From a bacterium (GTDB lineage: Bacteria; UBA10199; 2-02-FULL-44-16; DYJF01): a stretch of 16,496 nucleotides of DNA. The position numbers and the translations under genes are program-made. Numbering within the stretch: the first letter of the stretch is position 1; every line of letters begins with the position of its first letter. Shown here piece after piece: positions 8,701-15,261 of the stretch. The notes below the pieces were generated by a model. It did no database searches and was not told where the DNA came from. It saw only the letters and a list, made by a program, of their open reading frames with translations. The stretch is from contig JBGSNL010000086.1 of NCBI GenBank assembly GCA_041739675.1, positions 1-16,496 of the forward strand, read 5' to 3'.

Positions 8701-8754
8701 AGATCGGCGGTGGCGGCCCCTGCCGTTGTCAGAACCCCGGTCCTTGCGCCGTAA
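5725..8754 (+). CDS. Modular protein, paralog 3, containing a MESH1/SpoT-like HD (p)ppGpp-hydrolase domain
   Basis: 1009 aa with the family N-terminus and C-terminal tail and three motif copies (5761-5910, ~6589-6735, 7930-8088). HD_4-type domain at ~7339-7893 (AIMFA..GHGAQLRKGTAYPYIIHP..VA, HDLPED, ADKLDN, WYY). Pro-rich linker before the tail. Confidence 0.88.
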   Translation: MLSGARTERPSRHYFDIDAWRQSQGFPQVSPVSPSGVDTFERGIDDAGLLARPDGRGTAYRTAPAVDPSSRTYWVGDWKVYVRILQRELGTQFDDRTIAIFEEQFPYVGSFVTTYLSLSPNENSPHRWMIGGARRADPISDFRTYIELRSQGDPKFEKLARVLKKIQEQADRVEVNLIRLSEYQGYLSRGDDKRDFYQGKIREIRSEIADAKEAIRENVRGAGEVLRFPKGHLAEVRRFAREAVHAAESQAQQTIERERIFAELERQRFGTRAVSAPLGAGSRRTSRSRGVRYYDENMFRMAQGLPEVSLASEGIDSVGLLAGPDGVGSFAPNYLSGRASRSGGSAGSSDEAAVRSVWSDMDKIMFKEFRQDIRRGDITTSQQLSERIHRGGRFGGLYNSGLDYVRAAAELLLWSKDKIEFDLETYVKDLMDLNMWRRRVVWEPGAHFESDHYSQRGDVTGAILKALSVVERTLYGEGAARGFQEGWEVDYTMFALEPVDLWEGADAGHDPVLLSRRLVEEVYKLYSEGSSYQSEPLQRINDAIMFASLGHGAQLRKGTAYPYIIHPIGVATIIAENGGDIDQIIAGVFHDLPEDTKVTVAEIRAEFGDRVANALEAVVTPGKSEGKSKLTWEQSKQLTIDHIAELPLDALIVEMADKLDNMRAIRADFEALGDGLWTRFKRGKEQQGWYYGSIAAAFLKRTDTEATRKIAREFAGHVRAVFGQSSVSGSEASRSGGRPSGPGSARYYEFPSWFAADPAEASSDSTPEFRFARTFFVGGPDGREFHYRDRSHLIGRSPDARVRLVEDISAKIRSKEGWIEAMAADWPSRVAALQAASPLFVDSELDRVHGALEAIMDDIESLVRDAEKGRLLKSQMREIIALAQSVIAKAMAWPNLPNTAQAQSAPPAPAPQTTPTPAAPPDSTPPAPETQSSEPTVTGLVSEEETGETSGGAFETGAEHLAGASQAGSSHQRVAQRQVAGAARVRQPATGVRSAVAAPAVVRTPVLAP

Positions 8755-8780
8755 TTGGATCGAAATAATAAGATGATCAG

Positions 8781-8812
8781 AGACCGGATTCTCCGAATCC
8801 GGTCTTTTTTTT
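8781..8812 (+). terminator. Rho-independent terminator (family-conserved hairpin, copy 3)
   Basis: AGACCGGATTC-TCC-GAATCCGGTCT stem-loop followed by a T-run to 8812. Confidence 0.85.
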
Positions 8813-8882
8813 GCCGGCTGAGTGCCTTTTCTTCTTGCCTTCCCGCCCATGAATAGTGCAAAAGGCCGGTTGGCATATATTT

Positions 8883-10316
8883 ATGGGCGACCCTGTCAAC
8901 AAAACAGAGCCGGGCTGGTTTGGAACGTGGCTCTCTCTTGTGAAAGAATTGTATAGAGAGGACACTCTCCCGTTCGATCTTCCTCCCGAGGATTCATATT
9001 TCACAGCAAATGCGTTTGCAGAACTGATGATGCGCTTCAAGGTGTACGGCGTCTCGAATCCCATGCTCGAAAGCGACGCGCGCAAACTCTGGCAGCGCTC
9101 GCGCGTTGAAAAATTCAACATATCGCAAGATGCAAAGCCGCCCGCAGCCTATTATGAGGTCGAAGGGGCCGATGAAGATGCGAGAACTCTCATCGCCGCC
9201 GCAGCCCCGGACAGGCTCGCGGTTCCTTTTCGCGCATCCGTAGTGGAGGCGATCCGCGCGCTTGAAACGCAGAAAATCGTCATGCTCTTCGATTTTGACC
9301 GGCACGACTCCCACTTCAGGGAATTTGTGGCTCCGGGGCTTGTTTTGTCGAACGGCCGGACCGCTTTGTCGTATCAATATTTCCGTTTCGTTTCCAAATA
9401 TTACGACAATCCTGAAACGGAAAGTCAAAGCGGAATCGGTAAACTTGGCTTCAATCGGCAGGATATCACCTTTGAAGATCTGGAGGGAGTGGACCCGTCG
9501 TCACTTTTCACGCTGAGAAGGGATCTGCAGATTCTGATTCTGGATTTTCTGGATTTCAGGGATTGGATAAAAAAGCAGCAGATCGGATCGCAGAAAAGGG
9601 CGTTCAGGGCCTTCATGGGGGCGCTTGGGAGCGCGTTGAAAAAGCGCGGCGACGCCCGCGTGCTGCTTGTCGCGCAGGGTAACCCGCTCTCCTATCTCAG
9701 AAAGTGGAGCCTTTTGTATCCATATATGAGTGAGCTGGGGATAGATCAGCCATCCTATCCGGCCGTGATGATGAATCCGCAGTTGATGAACGAAGCGCAG
9801 GCGGCTCTCTTTGCGGGCGTGGATATTTCCGATATCGAATTGATCTCGCGCGGCGTTCCATTGCTGCCGAAATTGCTCAGGGCCGTATCGCGAATGAACC
9901 CTGACGGCGGCTCTCGCGATGCGGCGCTGCGTTCGCTTTACGCAGAGTTTCGCACTCACAAAATTCTTGTCGAGTCGAGCGGCGACGTTCCCGCGGGGCC
10001 ATACGAGACTCAGTTGGCGCATGTCGCAAAGGCGTATTCACCGCTTGGAGCGTTCGACCAATATGTGATCCGGCAAGAGGGGCGGCAGTGGAGCGGAGAG
10101 ATGTGGCCGCCCGTTCCTGCCACGGTCACAGGCATTTCCGGAACTGGCGAGGTCTCGGGCGGGAGTGCGGGAGCGGGCGCGCACAGGCCCGTTCGCCGGA
10201 GCCGCGCGATCCGCTCCGGAAACAGGGTGCGTTATTTCGTTCAGGGCGCAAGGAATATGATCTCGCGTCCCGTTGTTGCTACGATAGCTGCGAGAGCCCC
10301 AATCAGGGTTCGTTAA
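8883..10316 (+). CDS. Hypothetical protein with a diverged version of the family C-terminal tail
   Basis: Long ORF. The track starts at GTG 8856; the first ATG at 8883 is preferred but the start is uncertain. C-terminus PATVTGISGTGEVSGG..GAGAHR...VQGARNM...PIRVR resembles the tails of paralogs 1-3 (paralog 1 also ends IRVR). Confidence 0.75.
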   Translation: MGDPVNKTEPGWFGTWLSLVKELYREDTLPFDLPPEDSYFTANAFAELMMRFKVYGVSNPMLESDARKLWQRSRVEKFNISQDAKPPAAYYEVEGADEDARTLIAAAAPDRLAVPFRASVVEAIRALETQKIVMLFDFDRHDSHFREFVAPGLVLSNGRTALSYQYFRFVSKYYDNPETESQSGIGKLGFNRQDITFEDLEGVDPSSLFTLRRDLQILILDFLDFRDWIKKQQIGSQKRAFRAFMGALGSALKKRGDARVLLVAQGNPLSYLRKWSLLYPYMSELGIDQPSYPAVMMNPQLMNEAQAALFAGVDISDIELISRGVPLLPKLLRAVSRMNPDGGSRDAALRSLYAEFRTHKILVESSGDVPAGPYETQLAHVAKAYSPLGAFDQYVIRQEGRQWSGEMWPPVPATVTGISGTGEVSGGSAGAGAHRPVRRSRAIRSGNRVRYFVQGARNMISRPVVATIAARAPIRVR

Positions 10317-10328
10317 ACTTAACTCAAG

Positions 10329-10357
10329 TTGCCATCCACTGGAAATTCTGCTAATTT
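10329..10357 (+). promoter_or_regulatory. Putative sigma70 promoter for sctU/flhB
   Basis: TTGCCA(10329-10334)-N17-TAATTT(10352-10357) with an extended -10 TG. The ATG is 9 nt downstream with no SD. Confidence 0.5.
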
Positions 10358-10366
10358 GCCCCCACT

Positions 10367-11434
10367 ATGCCGGAAGAGGGCGGCCAGGAAAAAACCGAGG
10401 AAGCGACACCGAAACGCTTGCGGGACGCGCGCAAGAAAGGGCAGGTGGCGCGCTCCCGCGATCTCAACACAATCGTGATTCTCATCGCCGCATTCGCGCT
10501 GATCATCTTCATGCGCGGCTACATGGGCGAGCAGTTCAAAAATCTTCTCACCTCCCACTTCGACGCCATCTCGCGCCAGGAAATCACAAACGAGCTCATG
10601 TTCATCATGGCGCGCGAGAGCTTCATAAGCTATATCAAGATCGTGGCGCCCTTTTTGGGCGCGATGGCGCTCGTCGCGCTTGCAATCGGATTTTTCCAGA
10701 CCGGCCCCATCTTCTCCGGCGAACCTCTGAAACCCCAGACAAAGCGCTTGAACGCCATCGAAAATTTCAAAAACATGTTCAAGATGACAACCTTCGTGGA
10801 GCTTTTGAAAAACATAGCGAAGATCGTTGTGATCTTCTGGATCGCCTATCTCGTCATTGTGGACAGCCTGCGCGAAGTTGTCTTGACTGTCTCTTCAACC
10901 CCCGAAAAATCGATGCAGGTTGGCTCGCACATAGTGGCGATGTTTCTGGCGAAGGTCTTTGTCGTCTTCATTATAATAGCGTTTATCGATTTCATGGTGC
11001 AGCGCTGGCAGTATAAGAAGCAGCTCAGGATGACAAAAGAAGAGGTGAAGCGCGAATACAAGCAGGACGAGGGCGATCCGCTGATCAAGAGCGCCCGGCG
11101 CCATCTGCACCGAGAGCTCGCGATGAGCGACGTGCGCGAGCAGGTAAAGACCTCCGACGTCGTCGTCACCAACCCAACTGAGCTTGCGGTTGCGATAAAA
11201 TATGACGACAAAGAGATGGTTGCCCCGCAGATCACTGCAAAGGGGCAGCGGCTTTTTGCTGATATGATACGCGAGCTGGCCGATGAATACGGCGTGCCAA
11301 TCGTCCAGAACCCGCCTCTTGCATGGACTCTCATTGAAATGGATGTCGGAGATGAGGTCCCCGAAGAGATCTATGCGGCAGTGGCGGAAATACTTGTCTA
11401 TGTATATCGTTTAAAGGAACAAAAAGCACAATGA
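10367..11434 (+). CDS. sctU: Type III secretion export apparatus switch protein, EscU/YscU/FlhB family
   Basis: 355 aa with EKTEEATPKRLRDARKKGQV, four hydrophobic segments, MTKEEVKREYKQDEGDP and the autocleavage-site region VVTNPTE. By eye it is closer to YscU (RDARKKGQV, KREYKE) than to FlhB, but this assignment needs a phylogeny. Confidence 0.9.
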   Translation: MPEEGGQEKTEEATPKRLRDARKKGQVARSRDLNTIVILIAAFALIIFMRGYMGEQFKNLLTSHFDAISRQEITNELMFIMARESFISYIKIVAPFLGAMALVALAIGFFQTGPIFSGEPLKPQTKRLNAIENFKNMFKMTTFVELLKNIAKIVVIFWIAYLVIVDSLREVVLTVSSTPEKSMQVGSHIVAMFLAKVFVVFIIIAFIDFMVQRWQYKKQLRMTKEEVKREYKQDEGDPLIKSARRHLHRELAMSDVREQVKTSDVVVTNPTELAVAIKYDDKEMVAPQITAKGQRLFADMIRELADEYGVPIVQNPPLAWTLIEMDVGDEVPEEIYAAVAEILVYVYRLKEQKAQ

Positions 11435-11435
11435 C

Positions 11436-11521
11436 GTCATTCTGAGCGGAGCGAAGAATCCCATGGGATCCTTCGCCCGCCAAAGATCGTTGGCGGGCTC
11501 AGGATGACACCTTCGGTGTCA
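11436..11521. repeat. Multi-stem palindromic (REP/RPE-like) element between convergent genes
   Basis: Outer arms GTCATTCTGAGC (11436-11447) / GCTCAGGATGAC (11497-11508). Inner arms GCGAAGAATCCC / GGGATCCTTCGC and GCCCGCCAA / TTGGCGGGC. A further hairpin TGACACC-TTC-GGTGTCA at 11505-11521. Confidence 0.7.
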
Positions 11522-12250
11522 CTTTTCCAGGATCTTTCCTTTCATCGGCACAAACGTCACCGCTGCAAGTCTTTTCGGCCCCTCAAGCTTGCCGTTCTTT
11601 TTTGTGTAGAGCAGAAGTTCCTGAAATTTCTGTTCGCCGCCCAAGGGCAGAACCATTCGTCCGCCTTCCTTCAGCTGTTCGATCAGCGGTTTTGGAATCT
11701 CATCGGGGCTGCACGTGAAGACGATGGCGTCGAAGGGGGCGTGCTCGGCCCAGCCTGCGTACCCGTCGCCGGCTTTGACAATGATATCATTGTATCCCAG
11801 TTTATCAAAACGGGCCTTCGCGGCATGGGCGATTTCGGGGATGATATCGATTGTGTAAACCTCTTCCACCATCTTGGCTATGATTGCTGTCAGATATCCG
11901 CCGCCCGTCCCGACCTCAAAGACGCGGTCGGTCGGTTTGAGCTGCAATGCCTGAACTATGAACGCGTCTTCATACGGACGGTCGAGCGTCTGCTCGAAGC
12001 CGATCGGCACTTCGAGATCGGCATACGCCTTGTCGCGGAAGTGGGGAAGAACGAACTCCTCGCGCGGAACGGCGAGCATCGCATCGATTACGTTTTTGTC
12101 AGTAACTCCGCGCCAGAGGATCTGCTGCTCGACCATGGCCTTGCGCTGGGCGGCGAAGTCGGCCGGTTTGCAAGACGAGATTAGGATTAGGATTGGGATT
12201 AAGATTATGATTAGGACCGGGGGCGGGAGATTGTGCTTGATTTTCTTCAT
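11519..12250 (-). CDS. pcm: Protein-L-isoaspartate O-methyltransferase (Pcm/PIMT) family, with N-terminal lipoprotein-like signal
   Basis: Motifs VPREEFV, AYAD..VPIG, VFEVGTGGGY (SAM motif I), GDGYAGW..APFDAI, QLKEGGRMVLPLG and FVPMKG. N-terminal hydrophobic stretch ends in LISSC. Confidence 0.88.
   Translation of the reverse strand: MKKIKHNLPPPVLIIILIPILILISSCKPADFAAQRKAMVEQQILWRGVTDKNVIDAMLAVPREEFVLPHFRDKAYADLEVPIGFEQTLDRPYEDAFIVQALQLKPTDRVFEVGTGGGYLTAIIAKMVEEVYTIDIIPEIAHAAKARFDKLGYNDIIVKAGDGYAGWAEHAPFDAIVFTCSPDEIPKPLIEQLKEGGRMVLPLGGEQKFQELLLYTKKNGKLEGPKRLAAVTFVPMKGKILEK
12179..12214. repeat. Hexamer tandem repeat (GATTNN x6) encoding the Pcm signal-peptide h-region
   Basis: GATTAG GATTAG GATTGG GATTAA GATTAT GATTAG on the + strand, read as LIIILIPILILI on the - strand. 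Confidence 0.8.
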
Positions 12251-12256
12251 GTATAA

Positions 12257-12286
12257 ATTTTAATGCCGATGGGTCGGGGAAGTCAA
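12257..12286 (-). promoter_or_regulatory. Putative sigma70 promoter of pcm (leaderless)
   Basis: On the - strand TTGACT (12286-12281)-N18-TAAAAT (12262-12257), then 6 nt to the ATG, with no SD. Confidence 0.55.
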
Positions 12287-12322
12287 CGGATTGTAAGAAG
12301 GACCATTTAGGGGAGGTGTGAT

Positions 12323-14056
12323 GTGAGAACCGCGATTGTTTTTTTGGCGGCAGCGCTTGTGGTAGTCATATTGGCCGGGGCGGTGCGCGCGGCCGTGATC
12401 GACAAGGAGAGGAGGCGCCAGCTTCTCGTTGCCGCAGAGCTGGGCAAGTACGAGCATCGTGTTCTGACCTACGACGCCTCATCCCTTTCTGAAAAAGAAA
12501 AATCATTTTTGAAACACATGCTTGAGGCGGCAAAGATTGTTGGGGAGATAAATATGCTTCAGATCAATCCCAAGAATCTCGCCTTCAAAGAAGAGGTTGA
12601 AAAAACGGGAAGCAATGCCGACAAGATGCTTTTTCACCGCAACCAGGGGCCGTGGTGTCTGGAGATCGAAGATTCGTTATGCAACGCTCTCGCAAGCATG
12701 CCGGAAAAGAGAATAGGCTGGGGATTCTGGCCTGCCGGGATGAACGACAAGATGCTGGCCCAGATTGAAAAGATGAAGGACGCAAAAGAGCTTATGAGCC
12801 CTTTCACCTTTGTCGTCAGGGAAGAGGAAAAATTCAAGGCAGTTTCTTTCGCTTCCTCGCCGCTGATAGCCGAAAGAATGAGGGCGCTTGCTTCCCATCT
12901 GCGTGAAGCGGTGAAATTCACGGACGAGCCTTCTCTTGTGAGATTTTTAGAGTCGCGCGCGAAGGCGTTCGAAACGAAATCATCTTTCCCCTATGACGAA
13001 AGTGACTTTGACTGGATAGCTCTAGAGGGGCCGTGGGAGGTGACGGTAGGCCCCTATGAAACCTACAAGGAACCGTTCAAGACAAAGGCGCAGTTTGAAA
13101 TGTACGTCGCGCGCGAGGATCCGAAGGTCGGGGCGGAGCTATCCGCGTATAAAAAACATCTGCAGGAATTTGAAAGACACCTTGCCGATTTCACGGGCAA
13201 AGACATCTACAAGGCGAGAAAACTAGATCCCAGGATTCAGATCAGGGCGGCCCAGCTCATCCACGCGGCTGGCGACGGGAGAAACCCGCATGGTGCTACT
13301 GTTGCCTATCACCTTCCGAACCGGGGAAAATCTGTCGAAACCGGGCTCTACAAGAAAGTGATACTCTTGAACCACATGAGGCTCTTCACGCCGCTGATGC
13401 AGAAGCGCGCAAAGATAGCTCTGGCCGGCGATCAAGCATCTCTTGTCGATGAGTGGGCCGATATAATGAACACAACCTTCCATGAGTTCGCGCACGGTTT
13501 CGGCGCGCATGAAGAGCTTGCAATCGTAGTGGACGGGAAAAAGACGACGGTAGGCGAGGCGCTGGGGACGGCCGAGACTCTGATGGAGGAGCTCAAGGCC
13601 GACGTGGCGAGTCTGTGGTTTATCCATTATCTCGTGAAAACGGGTCTCATGCGACCCGAAGAGGTGAACAAGCGCTACACAACCGCCGTGATGCACCTGT
13701 TCGGGCTTCTTCAATATTCGTTGGGCGGAACCTATCCACAGATGGCGGCAGTGGAGGTCGGCAATATGATGGAGAAGGGCGCGCTCAAGTTCGATTCTGC
13801 AAGCGGCCGGTTCACTATCCATTTTGACCGAATGCCCGCTGCGATAGACGATCTGATGAAGAAGATCGTGACGATTCAAGTGACCGGCGACAAGGATGGT
13901 GCGGAGGCCTTAAGGCAGAGATATGTGAAAAAGATTGCGGCCGACAAGTTCGAGTTCGCGCCGCTCATAAAGGAGCCGCTGGCTAAACTGAAGGCCGCCT
14001 TCGACAAAGCGAAGCTGAAGAGTTTTGCAATCGACTACGAGGTGACGGGACTCTAG
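12323..14056 (+). CDS. Exported Zn-dependent peptidase, M49/DPP III-like (HEXXH variant)
   Basis: GGAGG SD before a GTG start. N-terminal signal peptide (A-V-R-A). Motifs VTVGPYETY, AYHLPN, KKVIL.N, HEFAHGFG (13481-13495) and EELKAD. Confidence 0.8.
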   Translation: MRTAIVFLAAALVVVILAGAVRAAVIDKERRRQLLVAAELGKYEHRVLTYDASSLSEKEKSFLKHMLEAAKIVGEINMLQINPKNLAFKEEVEKTGSNADKMLFHRNQGPWCLEIEDSLCNALASMPEKRIGWGFWPAGMNDKMLAQIEKMKDAKELMSPFTFVVREEEKFKAVSFASSPLIAERMRALASHLREAVKFTDEPSLVRFLESRAKAFETKSSFPYDESDFDWIALEGPWEVTVGPYETYKEPFKTKAQFEMYVAREDPKVGAELSAYKKHLQEFERHLADFTGKDIYKARKLDPRIQIRAAQLIHAAGDGRNPHGATVAYHLPNRGKSVETGLYKKVILLNHMRLFTPLMQKRAKIALAGDQASLVDEWADIMNTTFHEFAHGFGAHEELAIVVDGKKTTVGEALGTAETLMEELKADVASLWFIHYLVKTGLMRPEEVNKRYTTAVMHLFGLLQYSLGGTYPQMAAVEVGNMMEKGALKFDSASGRFTIHFDRMPAAIDDLMKKIVTIQVTGDKDGAEALRQRYVKKIAADKFEFAPLIKEPLAKLKAAFDKAKLKSFAIDYEVTGL

Positions 14057-14058
14057 CG

Positions 14059-14637
14059 TTACCAGTGGTATGCCACGTTGCCCACGAGCGAGAGCGGGAA
14101 CTCTGACGTTCCGTTGTGATCGCCGCCGATCGAATCTATGAAGCCGATCGAGCGGAAGATGGCCGCGAGCCCCAGCGAGAACCGTTCCGAAACGTAGAAG
14201 TCGCAACCTATCCCGGCGTCGGCGCCGATTCCAAAGGCCATCGAACCGTTGTCGGCGGAACCCTCCGTCATGGCGTAGAACCCTATACCCACCAGGCCGT
14301 ATGGATCCCAGCGCGACTCTTTCGAGAAGAGATAAAATTTCAGATCAAACGTGGGGATGCCCATGAGGACTATGCCGTTGTCGCCTTTGCTGGTGCCGGT
14401 TCCGTCTTCGGTCGTCACGACCACGCTGAACTGTGTCGAAAATTGAGGCGACCAGCGGTAATCGAAGTAAACGTAACCGCCGATTCCCGGATCGAGCTCC
14501 GGATCGGAATCTACCACGAAGATGTTGCCGACAGGGCCTATGCCGACGGTGTAGTTGCCGGCCGCGCTTCCGGCATCAGCAATGCGCGCAAAAACGAGCG
14601 CGAAGACCACGGCGGACAGCACAAAATATTTTTTCAC
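14059..14637 (-). CDS. Outer-membrane beta-barrel protein (small 8-stranded OMP-like)
   Basis: Signal peptide, alternating hydrophobic strands (PYGLVGIGFY, GADAGIGCDFY) and terminal aromatic AYHW. GGAGG SD with a GTG start. Confidence 0.75.
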   Translation of the reverse strand: MKKYFVLSAVVFALVFARIADAGSAAGNYTVGIGPVGNIFVVDSDPELDPGIGGYVYFDYRWSPQFSTQFSVVVTTEDGTGTSKGDNGIVLMGIPTFDLKFYLFSKESRWDPYGLVGIGFYAMTEGSADNGSMAFGIGADAGIGCDFYVSERFSLGLAAIFRSIGFIDSIGGDHNGTSEFPLSLVGNVAYHW

Positions 14638-14646
14638 GATTCCTCC

Positions 14647-15258
14647 TTATTTGATCCTCACTCGGCGACCTTTGAGAACGAGCCTTCCGCGGGCACAGAG
14701 GTTGATGGCCTCAGGATAGATTCGATGCTCCTCTTTTAGTATCCTTGCGCTTAGCGTGTCAACCGTGTCGTCTTCGGCAACCTTTACTGCCGCCTGCAAA
14801 ATGATCGGCCCATTATCGGTTTTTTCATCGACAAAGTGAACCGTGCACCCCGAAACTTTCACCCCGTATTCCAGCGCCTGCTTTTGGGCGTCGAGGCCCG
14901 GGAAAGATGGGAGCAGCGCCGGATGTATGTTGATGACGCGGTCCGGAAAGGCCGCGAGAAATTCCTTCCCGACTATTCTCATGTAACCCGCGAGGCACAC
15001 AAGCTCCACGTCATGTTTTTTGAGATCGCGAACAATCGCTTTTTCAAATTCCTCTTTTGTTGGATAATTTTTTCGAAGATGAATCGCCGTCGCCACTCCG
15101 AACTTCTTTGCGCGCTCCAGCGCTTTTGCCGCGGCAACGTCGCTTATGACGATTCTGACGTCGGCATCGATCTTGTCGTTGGCTGAGGCTTCAAGAATCG
15201 CTTGAAGATTCGTGCCCGATCCCGATGCCAAGACCCCCAATTTCAGTTTTTTGCGCAT
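14647..15258 (-). CDS. purN: Phosphoribosylglycinamide formyltransferase
   Basis: Motifs VLASGSGTNLQAI, LAGYMRI, INIHPALLPSFPG, GCTVHFVDE..DNGPII.Q and EHRIYPEAI. Confidence 0.97.
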   Translation of the reverse strand: MRKKLKLGVLASGSGTNLQAILEASANDKIDADVRIVISDVAAAKALERAKKFGVATAIHLRKNYPTKEEFEKAIVRDLKKHDVELVCLAGYMRIVGKEFLAAFPDRVINIHPALLPSFPGLDAQKQALEYGVKVSGCTVHFVDEKTDNGPIILQAAVKVAEDDTVDTLSARILKEEHRIYPEAINLCARGRLVLKGRRVRIK

Positions 15259-15261
15259 TGT

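Noticed and set aside
23..8754. Diversity-generating retroelement (TR/VR pairs)
   Set aside because: No reverse transcriptase is in the window, and differences between repeat copies are not adenine-specific; many are synonymous third-position changes.
23..8754. RiPP precursor polyproteins (repeated leader/core peptides)
   Set aside because: The motifs are separated by large folded-looking domains, and no recognisable RiPP maturase (ATP-grasp, radical SAM, YcaO, lanthipeptide synthetase) is in the window. The Pcm homologue alone is insufficient evidence.
23..8812. CRISPR array or integron cassette array suggested by the repeat/variable alternation
   Set aside because: The repeats are degenerate, in-frame and protein-coding with kb-scale spacing. 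There are no identical 25-45-bp repeats, no cas or integrase genes, and no attC RYYYAAC/GTTRRRY ends in the hairpins.
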